Below are positions 50,498 to 60,208 of a stretch of DNA of 64,000 nt, piece by piece (the first letter of the stretch is position 1; each line of letters opens with the position of its first letter). The DNA lies in contig JAYFMW010000017.1 in the NCBI GenBank assembly GCA_042408215.1, forward strand, positions 160,001-224,000. The letters are read 5' to 3'. The DNA is from Microcoleus sp. (GTDB taxonomy: Bacteria; Cyanobacteriota; Cyanobacteriia; Cyanobacteriales; Microcoleaceae). Under the pieces are notes generated by a model that was not told the DNA's origin, did not search any database, and worked only from the letters and a program-made list of their open reading frames with translations. The position numbers and the translations under genes are program-made.

Positions 50498-53065
50498 TTA
50501 AAAGGGAGTTGCTGTAGAATCTTCTGGGACAAAAGTCTCTCTGGCGATGGATTGAATGGTGGACAGGGGTACTTGACAGAAATATTTGCGCCGGAATTGT
50601 TCTTCTGAGACTGCTGCTAGGAATTTTGCTGCGGAGTGGGCGAGTTGCGGGGAATTTGAAGTTAAAAATTGGGTGGACTGGTTGTCTAATAAGGGTTTGG
50701 AGATTTTCTTTCCGCTGTTTTGGGTTTCGGGTTGTCTGGTGATGTGGAAAGCTCGATCGCGATAATTGACTTTGAAACCAAGATGGGTTAAGGTTTTTAA
50801 TCCCAGTTGTAGGGATGTGTCGCTGATTCCGAGTTTTTGGCCCAGTTGCTGTCTGGTGACGGGTTTGCTGGTGCGGCTGAGGTATTTGGCGATGCCGATT
50901 AGCTGTTCCCAAATTTGCAGTGGGGGTACGGGTGGGGGTAATGTGTAGGCGATCGCCAGTTGTTGTTGATTTTGCTGTGCTTGTCTAAACCAGATCCGCA
51001 GTTCATCCCAGCTTGTGGGGCATTCTTGGAGGACGAGGGAGTTTTCGCGATCGCATATTTCTGAATTGTCAATTAGATTTTCAACTGGCATTTGAGATAC
51101 TAAGTTTTTGCTGGCTGCTAATAACTCTTCATCGTTATTTCTATTGCGCCAGTCTACAATCCAATCTATTTGATGGGTCTGGTTGATTGGGTTTTCGACC
51201 TTGCGGGAACGCACTGCTATCAGCCGCACTTCATATTTTTTTTCGTAAGTATTGAAATCGAGTTCCACTACAGCGTCACACGGACCTTGAGGAACCTCAT
51301 CTTGATAATGTCCCCACCAAATCCCGCGAAATCCCCGATCGCTAGATTCATCCCAAATTGTAAATTGTGTTTTGATATATTCTATTTTTTGTCCTTTCAA
51401 ATCTTTGATTTTTTGATTCCAAACATTCTCAAACCAGCAGTTTTCAATTAGTAATTTTGGTGCGGGATTGCCCATACCGCAGGGTTCGAGTAATTTTAAT
51501 TCTTGAAATAACTCTTTTCCTAATTCAGAGACTCTAATTGTGAGGTCTGCTTGAACGGGGGGGGCTGTTAAAGTGTCAGTGCTGTATTTCTGTCGCAGTT
51601 GCTGATTTACGGCATCGGTAAATAGGGGGATATTTTCAATTGGGAGACTCAAGCCGGCTGCGAAGGGATGACCGCCGAATCTGTCTAATAAATGTGCTTG
51701 GTCTTTGACTAATTGGTAAAGGTCGATTTGATTGGCTGAACGGGCAGAACCACGGGCGATTTTAGATTTTGGATTTTGGATTTTCGATTGGGTATCTGTT
51801 GGTAATTCTGGGTTTAAGGAGGATAAAAATTGCGTTTCCGGGGGATTTTCGTTAATTTCTGCTGTTCCTTCTGTGCTGAATAAAATTACGGGGCGGCCGT
51901 ATTCTTGGGCGATTTGTCCTGCTACTAATCCTAATACTCCTACGGCCCATTGGGGGTCAGCTAGGACGATCGCACTGGTGGTGGATAGGTCGAGTTTGGC
52001 TAATTTTTCGGCGGCATCTTTGGCAACATCTTTTTGTAAAGATTTGCGACGAGTGTTGGCAATTTCGGTTAAAAGTGCTAGTTCTTCGCAGCGTTTTTTG
52101 TCGCGGCTGGTGAGGAGTTCTACGCAGAAGCTGGCGTCGCCTTGAATACGGCTGACGGCGTTGATTCTGGGGCCGAGTCCGAAGGAAATGTCCGTGGGGC
52201 GATCGCCATTTTTATTGCACAGTTCGAGCAATTTTGCAACTCCCGGACGAGTGGGATTTTTTATTTGTTTTTGTAGTTGTTCTATTCCCAGTTGTGCTAG
52301 GTAGCGACAGTCTCCTGTGAGTTGGACTAAATCGGCGATTAATCCGATCGCCACTAATTCCAATAAGTCTTGTAAAGGACGCTGGGGAATATCTGGCAAA
52401 GTCTGATATAATGCTTCGATTAATTTGTAGGCTACGGCGACACCGGATAGGTGAAAGAGTTGATGATTTGAGGGAAAGTATCGGGGATTGATGATGGCTG
52501 TTGCCGGAGGGCGATCGTCCGGCAGGGTATGATGGTCAGTGATAATTATATCTATGTTTAAACTGGTAGCATATTTGATTTCGGCGATGTTTGTACTGCC
52601 GGTATCGCAGGTGATAATTAGGCTAATTCCAGATTTTGCTAACTTATCTATTCCTGGGATATTGAGTCCATGAGATTCAGTTAAACGGTTGGGAATATAA
52701 TAAGTTAGTCGGTCATTTTGAGGAAAAAACTCTCCCAATCCATCCCACAAAACTGAGGTTGAGGTGATACCGTCAGCATCGAAGTCTCCCCAAATTACGA
52801 CTTGTTCGCTATTGTTTCGTGCTTGCTGAATTCGGTCTATTGCCCAGTTCATTTCTTGCCCAAATTCCCAGGGAGTTGCTGGTTGGTAAAGTTTGGGATT
52901 TAAGAATCCGGGTATTTGTTCTGGGTTTTGAATTCCTCTATCCCAAAGGAGTGCGGCGGCATAATTTCCAGGGAGTTCTGGTGCGTGTTTGTTGACAGCT
53001 TGGATTAGCCAAGCTGGAGGTTGGGGTAAGGGTTGAGTTTGCCAGTTTTGAGATTGTTCTGTCAT
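50498..53065 (-). CDS. recJ: ssDNA-specific exonuclease RecJ
   Basis: GDFDADG, TCDTG, TDHH, RGSARS and FGGHPFAAG motifs. Confidence 0.95.
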   Translation of the reverse strand: MTEQSQNWQTQPLPQPPAWLIQAVNKHAPELPGNYAAALLWDRGIQNPEQIPGFLNPKLYQPATPWEFGQEMNWAIDRIQQARNNSEQVVIWGDFDADGITSTSVLWDGLGEFFPQNDRLTYYIPNRLTESHGLNIPGIDKLAKSGISLIITCDTGSTNIAEIKYATSLNIDIIITDHHTLPDDRPPATAIINPRYFPSNHQLFHLSGVAVAYKLIEALYQTLPDIPQRPLQDLLELVAIGLIADLVQLTGDCRYLAQLGIEQLQKQIKNPTRPGVAKLLELCNKNGDRPTDISFGLGPRINAVSRIQGDASFCVELLTSRDKKRCEELALLTEIANTRRKSLQKDVAKDAAEKLAKLDLSTTSAIVLADPQWAVGVLGLVAGQIAQEYGRPVILFSTEGTAEINENPPETQFLSSLNPELPTDTQSKIQNPKSKIARGSARSANQIDLYQLVKDQAHLLDRFGGHPFAAGLSLPIENIPLFTDAVNQQLRQKYSTDTLTAPPVQADLTIRVSELGKELFQELKLLEPCGMGNPAPKLLIENCWFENVWNQKIKDLKGQKIEYIKTQFTIWDESSDRGFRGIWWGHYQDEVPQGPCDAVVELDFNTYEKKYEVRLIAVRSRKVENPINQTHQIDWIVDWRNRNNDEELLAASKNLVSQMPVENLIDNSEICDRENSLVLQECPTSWDELRIWFRQAQQNQQQLAIAYTLPPPVPPLQIWEQLIGIAKYLSRTSKPVTRQQLGQKLGISDTSLQLGLKTLTHLGFKVNYRDRAFHITRQPETQNSGKKISKPLLDNQSTQFLTSNSPQLAHSAAKFLAAVSEEQFRRKYFCQVPLSTIQSIARETFVPEDSTATPF

Positions 53066-53094
53066 CGTACCAGTCTGCTGTCTAACGATTAAGG

Positions 53095-53250
53095 ATCGAT
53101 CCCCCCTTAGCTTGCCCCCTACTCCCCCTTAATAAGGGGGGGACAAGATTCCGATCAAAGTCCCCCTTCTTAAGGGGGATTTAGGGGGATCTAGACTATG
53201 GTAAAAGCGATATTTGTCAAGGGTTTTAGGCTTAAGTTGTCACCAATGGG
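53095..53250. repeat. MITE-like dispersed repeat, copy 3
   Basis: Same core as 34-215; ends CTTAAGTTGTCACCAATGGG. Confidence 0.75.
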
Positions 53251-53292
53251 CAGAGCCTAGTAACGAGTAAAATTTGGGGACTTATTTATATG

Positions 53293-54108
53293 TTAAATAA
53301 ATATTTCATCAATTATAGCAATATTTGGCAGCCAATCTGTGGGATTTTCTACAGCAATATTTGCTGAGGAAGCTTTGGTATCTTGGGTGCGGTTGCAACG
53401 AGTGGCGAATTGACAGGTGTCGCAAAGATTGGAACTAATGTCTACTTGGGGTAATAATTCGCCTTTGTCGCCGTAGCCCTGTCGCCAGTCGGTTAGCTGG
53501 TGCAAGAGGTTGGTTAAATCTTGTTTTGTGCGATCGTGCTCTATTTGATTATAAGTAAATGTGAGGCTTTGTGGCGGTTCTTCTCCTTGCAATTGGACAA
53601 ACCAATATGTCATAGAAACTTGTTCCGGCGAATAGTCGCTGGTTTCTACTAACACATATAAATAGAGGCGTGTTTGCCAACTTTGGGCGATAGGTTTTGA
53701 TTTTTGAGGGCGGGGATAGGTTTTCCAGTCGAGAATTTGAGCTTGGTTGGGTTCTGCTATTAGCAAATCGTAGATGACGGTGAATAGGTAGTCTTGAAAA
53801 GTTAGGGTGCGGGGATGTTCCGCTTGGCGGAAGGTTTTGTCGTCCTTTTCTGACGGGGCAAAAAGTTCGGGGGCGCTGTTGACAAATGCGACGAGACAGC
53901 GTTGGATTTCGGTGTCGGGTTCGGTGATGAATGCGATCGGCAATCCGAGTTCTCGCTGCTGCATTAATAGGTGAAATCGGCTACCCCATTCGAGTTTTTC
54001 TTTGTGTTCTGGAGAGGTGTGGGAGGCGAGGAGTTCTAGGTAGCTGTACTGGAATTTGCGGGGGCATTCTTCGAGGATTTTGAGTTGGGTTTGGGAGAGT
54101 CGGAACAT
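53293..54108 (-). CDS. PD-(D/E)XK nuclease family protein (Cas4/RecB-like)
   Basis: LSQTQL..ECPRKF, GSRFH, YDLL..ILDWKT, QTRLY and C-terminal CDTCQF..C motifs. Confidence 0.85.
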   Translation of the reverse strand: MFRLSQTQLKILEECPRKFQYSYLELLASHTSPEHKEKLEWGSRFHLLMQQRELGLPIAFITEPDTEIQRCLVAFVNSAPELFAPSEKDDKTFRQAEHPRTLTFQDYLFTVIYDLLIAEPNQAQILDWKTYPRPQKSKPIAQSWQTRLYLYVLVETSDYSPEQVSMTYWFVQLQGEEPPQSLTFTYNQIEHDRTKQDLTNLLHQLTDWRQGYGDKGELLPQVDISSNLCDTCQFATRCNRTQDTKASSANIAVENPTDWLPNIAIIDEIFI

Positions 54109-54219
54109 TGTTTTTGTGTTAGGTTGTTGATGTTTTGGTAAGGTTTTGTTATACCAAATATGAAAAATTTATAATAGTTTCTGTCTCCAAACTATCTCTT
54201 GTTCTGAGATGGATTGAAT

Positions 54220-54528
54220 TCAATTATCAACATCGGTGAACAGGGCTGACAAATCTCGATAACCACTGACAACTCGAAATATTTCTACATCCTGTCCGAT
54301 CGGCATATAGAGTATAAGATAGTTATCCATCGGGAGACTGCGTAGACATGGCAAAATCTCGTCTCGTTGTCGTCCAAGGTTGGGAAACTGAGCAATTTTA
54401 GCCAATTTTGCTTCGAGCTTGCTTAAAAAGCGATCGGCTTTATCGAGTCCAGATTGACTAGCGATGTAATCTGCAATTTGCTCAATGTCTTGAATTGCGG
54501 GTTCAGTGAGGCGAAATTGTGGAGTCAT
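54220..54528 (-). CDS. ParE/RelE family toxin
   Basis: AIQDIEQIADYIA...FPNLGR...YLILY...IFRVV..RDL. Confidence 0.9.
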   Translation of the reverse strand: MTPQFRLTEPAIQDIEQIADYIASQSGLDKADRFLSKLEAKLAKIAQFPNLGRQRDEILPCLRSLPMDNYLILYMPIGQDVEIFRVVSGYRDLSALFTDVDN

Positions 54529-54794
54529 GGTTCTAATGAAGTGTAGCGCGATCGCAGGTTGGCTCGAATTTCTGCCATTGCAGTTACACCGTCTACGACT
54601 TCGCCGCGTTGGGATGCTTGCTCACCAATTAGTGCATCTCGTTGGAGTTCTTGCAGTCGTCCTTGATAAATGTCTTCCTGTTGTTCGAGTAGTTGAATGG
54701 CTGCGAGGATGACTTCGATCGCACTTTTGTATTTGCCAGTCGTGAGTTGACGCTGCACGAGGGCTTCGACTTCAGGTGACAAAACAATTTGCAT
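54525..54794 (-). CDS. ParD-like (RHH) antitoxin
   Basis: MQIVL..GKYKSAIEVI; overlaps the toxin start. Confidence 0.85.
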   Translation of the reverse strand: MQIVLSPEVEALVQRQLTTGKYKSAIEVILAAIQLLEQQEDIYQGRLQELQRDALIGEQASQRGEVVDGVTAMAEIRANLRSRYTSLEP

Positions 54795-54947
54795 GGCGTT
54801 TGAGAGGAAAAGTGTTAATTCTATTGTAGGCGATTCACGCTCGGCATAGCTCCGCTCGCGCGTACTTCAGTTAGATTTTTTGGATGAACGAATCGCACCC
54901 CTACACTGACTATTATATAATTATCAATACCATTAACGGCGAAGCCA

Positions 54948-55010
54948 ATGCGTTTTGATACCTACATCCAGTCAATTCAGAACAATCTCCAGCGGGGAAG
55001 CGAGCGCACC
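54948..55010 (+). pseudogene. Possible N-terminal remnant of a type IIG/ISP-like restriction-modification enzyme
   Basis: MRFDTYIQSIQNNLQRGSER resembles N-termini I recall from cyanobacterial N6-methylase-fused enzymes; the similarity ends abruptly. Confidence 0.3.
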
Positions 55011-55032
55011 GATCTATTCAAATCAACGCTAA

Positions 55033-55338
55033 TTAATCTTCCCCTAACTCTGAAAACAATAACTCCAAGTCTCGATCGCCCCGCAGCACGCGAGCAATAT
55101 CAATCCCGTCCGATCTGGGGTAGTAAAAAATTAAATAATCCCTAACAATAAATCCGCGCAAGTTGGGGGATAACCTCTCATAGCGTTTGCCCATATTGGG
55201 AAATTCGGCGACAAGTTTACATTTTTGACGAATTGCATCAAAAAGCTCGCTGGCCGCCCTGGAACTATTGCCAGCAATGTACTCGCAAATATCATTCAAA
55301 TCTCGGACAGCTTGATCTGAAAATGTATAACTGTTCAT
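55033..55338 (-). CDS. ParE/RelE family toxin
   Basis: AVRDLNDICEYIA...FPNMG...YLIFY...IARVLRGDRDL. Confidence 0.9.
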   Translation of the reverse strand: MNSYTFSDQAVRDLNDICEYIAGNSSRAASELFDAIRQKCKLVAEFPNMGKRYERLSPNLRGFIVRDYLIFYYPRSDGIDIARVLRGDRDLELLFSELGED

Positions 55339-55589
55339 GCCCCTGACTTTTCTATGCGATCGATCTTTTCTTGAATTTTGGCAAACACAAGTTCTCCATC
55401 TGTCACTTGTCCCTGAGCAATTTGTGCAGTTCCAACGGCTATTTTCTGGCGGAGTTCTTCGATGCGTTGTTTCCGTTCTCTTAAAAGTGCGATCGCTTCT
55501 CCAATTATTTCTTCAGCGCTGCCATATTTTCCGCTTTGAATTTGCGATCGAATAAACTCTTCGTATTCCGGCTTTAAGACAATATTCAT
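55335..55589 (-). CDS. ParD-like antitoxin
   Basis: MNIVL..SGKYGSAEEII; overlaps the toxin start. Confidence 0.85.
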   Translation of the reverse strand: MNIVLKPEYEEFIRSQIQSGKYGSAEEIIGEAIALLRERKQRIEELRQKIAVGTAQIAQGQVTDGELVFAKIQEKIDRIEKSGA

Positions 55590-55747
55590 TGACTTGCTCC
55601 TTTAAATCACAGAAACGTTACTGCACGATCGTGACATCTTTTTTAAATTAGCTTAGACCTTGTAGGGTGCCACGGGTCGTAGGCGTAAGCCGGGGCGAAG
55701 CCATCGCCCCAAAGGCTAAGGTAAACCCTGTGGGCCGTGGCACCCTA

Positions 55748-55910
55748 CCCATTGGTGTCAACTTAAGCCTGAAACCCTTGGTATCTCTCGCTTTTACCTA
55801 AGTCTAGATCCCCCTAAATCCCCCTTAAGAAGGGGGACTTTGATCGAACTCTTATCCCCCCCGAATGTAGGGGCGGTGCCCCCGTGCCCGCCCTCGGTTA
55901 GGGGGGATCG
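55748..55910. repeat. MITE-like dispersed repeat, copy 4 (inverted), abutting REP pair 55662-55748
   Basis: Begins CCCATTGGTGTCAACTTAAGC and has the inverted core. Confidence 0.75.
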
Positions 55911-56212
55911 AATTCTATGCAGCTTCATAAAAAATTGGTATAACAATAAATTGGATTTTAGGTTATTTCCCAACCTATGCTAAGCTGTTCGGCATTTAAA
56001 CTCCTCCGCGTAGGGTGCGTCAGTATTATGAGGTTTTCCGTTTCAACTTTGCTAATTGTTACAACCCGCAAATAGCGGGGCAGATACTACAAAAAACTAC
56101 GAAGAACGAGCCGGAAACCGATGATAGCGAGTGCCAGGTATCGGAAACGTAGAACAGGCATGGCTTCGTGATTTTATTGCCTGTAATAAATCTTTATGAA
56201 ATCCTGAAACGC

Positions 56213-57574
56213 TTAGATGTTACACTTTACAAGTCTCGACGCGAGAGAAGAAGAAACACCAAACCCCTTCCCCATCATCAATAGACACATCTCCAACCCA
56301 AACTGATAATAAAAAACCCCACACGGGAGGTGAGCTTCTGGTGCTTTCTCTGAAAAAGTGATCTCTTTGTAGTACAGCCCTGAGTTATTTTTTCTCCAAC
56401 CTACCTTGTCGCTAAACGCTTCCCATACTTTTTCATCATATTCCCTAGTTCCCCCCAAACTTTGATAGATGCGCTTCTGCACGCTAAAGCCGAAGCGCCC
56501 ATTGCTGTATTGTACCCAAAGTTGGTCAATGGTACGCAAGTCCTCGCAGGGAAAATTATCAATACTTTCTAATTCTGAATTCAGCCATCCTTCTTCTTCC
56601 CTACCCGCCACCTTCAACATCACTCTCGCCGTTTCCTCATCGGCTTCTTTCCATTTTTTAGCCGCCAATAAATTCCGCAAGTTTGTATAATCCATTCCCA
56701 CGGCTGAAATCAATTGTATCTCAGGAGGCGCTGGTTTTGGCTCAGGGGACGGTGCTAATGCTGTCAATACTTGTTCTGCTGTCCATCTTTTTGATCGCTC
56801 TTTTTCCAAGCATCCTCTGACTATCGCCGTGAAGGGTTCTGGTATTTTTGACCAGTCTATTTCTGGCTGTTCTTCCATAATCTTTTTCATTAATTCTTGG
56901 TCTGTGTTTCCTGTGAATGGTAGAGTTCCTGTCAGGATTTCTGCTGTCATGATTCCCAGTGACCACATATCCCATCCTGTTCCTACTACTCCCTGATAGG
57001 ATTCTGGGGGAACATAGGATGGTGTACCTTTTATATCTTGGGTTCTCAGCGAGTTGGTGCCGATTTCTCGCAGCAGTCCCAAGTCGGATACTTTCCATTT
57101 ATCCGCTGCGTATAGCAGGTTGGCTGGTTTGATGTCTCTGTGGACTTTTCGCGGATCTGAATTGTGTAGGTAATTTAATACTGCTGCTGTGTCTCGGACT
57201 ATTTTTTGTACTTCTGTTATGGAGAGTTTTCCGGTTTTTAGTTTTTTTTCTAGGGTGATTGTGGCGATTTCCATGACTATGAATAAATATTCGTCTTCTT
57301 TGACTTCGCAGCAGCCTACTGTGTAGCTACGGATGATGTTTTCGTGTAACAGGTTGGCTGCTGCTCTTATTTCGTTTAGTTGTTTTTTGGCTTTGGTTTC
57401 ATCTTCTTCTAAGGCGATTAGTTTGATTGCTACTTCCCTGATGAAATCGTCTTTGATTACTTCATCTGCTTTGTATACGGCTCCATATCCTCCACATCCT
57501 AGGTATTCTTCCAGGTAGTATTGTTTGTTGACTGTTTCGCCTTGTAGTCTTCTCCAGTGTCTTTCTGGGTACAT
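56213..57574 (-). CDS. Ser/Thr protein kinase fused to a C-terminal GUN4-like domain
   Basis: Kinase motifs GCGGYG, VAIK, HRDIKPAN, SDLG and PPE; GUN4 motifs LRNLLAAKKWKEADEET, FPCEDLRTIDQLW..YSNGRFGFSVQK and HLP. Confidence 0.92.
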   Translation of the reverse strand: MYPERHWRRLQGETVNKQYYLEEYLGCGGYGAVYKADEVIKDDFIREVAIKLIALEEDETKAKKQLNEIRAAANLLHENIIRSYTVGCCEVKEDEYLFIVMEIATITLEKKLKTGKLSITEVQKIVRDTAAVLNYLHNSDPRKVHRDIKPANLLYAADKWKVSDLGLLREIGTNSLRTQDIKGTPSYVPPESYQGVVGTGWDMWSLGIMTAEILTGTLPFTGNTDQELMKKIMEEQPEIDWSKIPEPFTAIVRGCLEKERSKRWTAEQVLTALAPSPEPKPAPPEIQLISAVGMDYTNLRNLLAAKKWKEADEETARVMLKVAGREEEGWLNSELESIDNFPCEDLRTIDQLWVQYSNGRFGFSVQKRIYQSLGGTREYDEKVWEAFSDKVGWRKNNSGLYYKEITFSEKAPEAHLPCGVFYYQFGLEMCLLMMGKGFGVSSSLASRLVKCNI

Positions 57575-57701
57575 GATTTTTAGTTGGTGGTTGGTGGTTG
57601 GTGATTATTGTATTATACGCCAGATTGATTGTAGGGATAGGGCAGTTTCCGTTGGTGTTTAGACTAAGCTTTTAGTCCGCCGTTCCGCGAGGGAATGAAT
57701 T

Positions 57702-57832
57702 ATATAGCAATCCTAAATCATTTGTGTAATTTTTGTAGGGGCAATCCCCTCGTGAAGAGCCCCGCTTATGCTGGGGTAGGCACGGGGGCACTACCCCTAC
57801 AAATCCTCATGAATGATTTAGGATTGCTATAT
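57702..57832. mobile_element. MITE with about 21-bp terminal inverted repeats and nested REP-like hairpin
   Basis: ATATAGCAATCCTAAATCATT ... AATGATTTAGGATTGCTATAT; TA ends suggest IS630/Tc1-type origin. Confidence 0.75.
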
Positions 57833-57854
57833 GTCTAAATCAAGTATCATTAAC

Positions 57855-58439
57855 TCACTCTTTTGTCAAGACAAAAACACTCCCTTCATTCCCGCGTCCA
57901 ATCCGCAAATCGCTATCCAAATAAGTAATATCCAGCCATCCCTGCTGTTCCCGCGCATCCAGCCCGAAATCGACAGCAGTGAACTTTTTCCCTGACTCAA
58001 TCTCATTAATAAACTTAACCGGAGATTCATAGCCAATCAAACTGCGTAAACCTAAAATTGACCGCTCAAATTTTACCTGCACTCGACGTTCTGAAGTTGC
58101 TTCAAATTTTGCCGCTACGCTAACTATTCCTTCCAAATAAGGCAAGCCATAAAGCTCGGCAATGTTATAAATTTTAGATTCTTCAACTCGGATACATTGA
58201 TAAATTTGACCCAGTTTTAACAGTGGAAAACCGTCTAGATTCAGTAGTGCGCGGCTGGTGGTGTATAATAACCGCCAATCACCATTTAAAAGCTCTGGGG
58301 CTTCGACAGGGCGAGGCGTGGGGTTGTAATCTTCCAATTGGGCGATCGCACTTAAAATCGCTTGTTTGTCGCTAGCCGTCGCCAGCAAACCGCGATTTTT
58401 ACCGGCAATTATCTCTAAGAGTCCAGATTTTCCAATCAT
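57855..58439 (-). CDS. PAP/fibrillin family protein
   Basis: LNGDWRLLYTTS and WLDITYLDSDLRIGRGNEGSVFVL motifs. Confidence 0.92.
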   Translation of the reverse strand: MIGKSGLLEIIAGKNRGLLATASDKQAILSAIAQLEDYNPTPRPVEAPELLNGDWRLLYTTSRALLNLDGFPLLKLGQIYQCIRVEESKIYNIAELYGLPYLEGIVSVAAKFEATSERRVQVKFERSILGLRSLIGYESPVKFINEIESGKKFTAVDFGLDAREQQGWLDITYLDSDLRIGRGNEGSVFVLTKE

Positions 58440-58531
58440 AGTTTTGTTGACTGTTGACTGCGTACAATACTATGACTAATGACTAATGACTAATGACTAA
58501 TGACTAATGACTAATGACTAATGACTAATGA

Positions 58532-60208
58532 CTAAGAACTAATAACTAAGATATCAAACTTCACCAAATAGAGCAGAGTTCGATACAGGTATGCTAATTC
58601 TCGATCGTTTTTGGCATAGAGTCTGATAACTTCCCCGACGCTGACAGCACCTTCTTGCTTAATTGTATCCAATATCTCCATCTGAATGCTAACAGACATT
58701 CTCCTGTCTTGACCAAAATTGGTAAACCAAATGGTTTGTAACTGCTTCAAAAGTTCCGGTGTGGCTATTACCCCCAGACTCAACATCATATCATTGCTTA
58801 AAGTTCTAGTCGAATAATGGCTTAATACCCGAAACGGATCGTCACCCAGGGGATAAGGTGGCATTCCCGCTTTCACAGGTGCTGATTCCGGTGCAGCAAG
58901 GCGAATTTCTGCTAATTCCCGCCACAACTTTTCGTAAGCCGCAATTACCACTTTCCAATCATAAATCTCTCTCACTCTTAGTCTGGCATTTTCGCCCATC
59001 CGCTTTCTCAATTCACTGTCTGTAATTAATTGGCACAAAGCGCGAGTGCAAGCATCAATATCAACTGCTGTGGCTAGGGAAGTGTGGCCCATGTAAGTCG
59101 GCCAATTCAAACTACCGTCGAGATAATTTATGGCTAAATCTAAACAAGATTCCGGCGGCGGGATGAGTGTGGGAATTCTGAAACCATCTATTTCGTGGCG
59201 GACTGATTCTTTGTATCCATTCCAATCGGAGACAATGGCCGGCAATCCATTCGCCATCGCTTCAATTGGCGTGAGTCCAAAGGTTTCTTGAATGTTGTCT
59301 GAAAGCGAAATGAAAATATCGGCAGCAGACCAAATATTTACTCTAATTTCTGGCTTTCTCCCGTCTAAAAAAATAGTATTTACTGAGGGACAAAATACTT
59401 TGGCGCTGTTTTTAAAGTCTGGTTCTTCTCTCGGATCTTCGATCCAACCGGCTTGGATTAAGTGAATTTTAGTCTTGGTTTGTTGGGCTGCGCGTTCCAG
59501 GGCGATGTACATTGGTAGGGGATGAGCTTTGGCGGAAAAAGTCAATCTCCCGACAAATAACACGACTATATCGTCGGGAGAAATGTCGAGTTCTTGCCGC
59601 TGTTGGCGGCGACTATTAAGTGCATCCAAACCCTGCGGAAACGCGCTGCAATCCACTCCTAGCGGAATAATTGGCAATTTGACCAAAATTTCAGATTGAC
59701 CGCCTGTACGCTCAGCTAGATACTCAGACCACGCAGTCATAACTCGTTCTACTGTTGTTTTCACGGCGGCAGATGTGCAAATCAGGGCGTCCCAAGGCTG
59801 CACCGGTGCGGTTACTAAGTTACCGATCGATTCCATGACATACTTGGTAGCGATCGTGTGGGTAACGCCACAAATGCTGTAGGCCCGCTGATTGACAAAT
59901 CTACGCCCCCAAACCAGATCTGCAAGGGCGGGATCGGGTCGATAAATTGTACCAGGTTGAGATAGCAAATCGGGTCGATCTTTCTTAATCCACCGGACTT
60001 TCCGAGGTTGAGAAAGCCAGGGTTGGATGCGGGAACAAAACTCTTGAAATGTTGCTTCGCTGTCGGCGCAACAGTAGAGGTAGTCAGCACTTCCGTGTTG
60101 GACTAAGCTTTTGAGAAATCCTTCTCCGGCTGAATGACGCCCCAGAAGCCTTTGGCCGCCAGTGTCGTAGCCGTCTTTGCTGTATAAAACCGCCGCTGTT
60201 GTGTCCAT
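58532..60208 (-). CDS. Glycosyltransferase family 4
   Basis: LFVGRL and ETFGLTPIEAMANGLP motifs. Confidence 0.9.
   Translation of the reverse strand: MDTTAAVLYSKDGYDTGGQRLLGRHSAGEGFLKSLVQHGSADYLYCCADSEATFQEFCSRIQPWLSQPRKVRWIKKDRPDLLSQPGTIYRPDPALADLVWGRRFVNQRAYSICGVTHTIATKYVMESIGNLVTAPVQPWDALICTSAAVKTTVERVMTAWSEYLAERTGGQSEILVKLPIIPLGVDCSAFPQGLDALNSRRQQRQELDISPDDIVVLFVGRLTFSAKAHPLPMYIALERAAQQTKTKIHLIQAGWIEDPREEPDFKNSAKVFCPSVNTIFLDGRKPEIRVNIWSAADIFISLSDNIQETFGLTPIEAMANGLPAIVSDWNGYKESVRHEIDGFRIPTLIPPPESCLDLAINYLDGSLNWPTYMGHTSLATAVDIDACTRALCQLITDSELRKRMGENARLRVREIYDWKVVIAAYEKLWRELAEIRLAAPESAPVKAGMPPYPLGDDPFRVLSHYSTRTLSNDMMLSLGVIATPELLKQLQTIWFTNFGQDRRMSVSIQMEILDTIKQEGAVSVGEVIRLYAKNDRELAYLYRTLLYLVKFDILVISS

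Noticed and set aside
53293..54108. Cas4 indicating a CRISPR-Cas locus
   Set aside because: It is a solo PD-(D/E)XK nuclease next to recJ, with no cas1/cas2 or array.
56213..57574. Complete diversity-generating retroelement
   Set aside because: No reverse transcriptase, Avd gene or TR/VR pair is present in the window.
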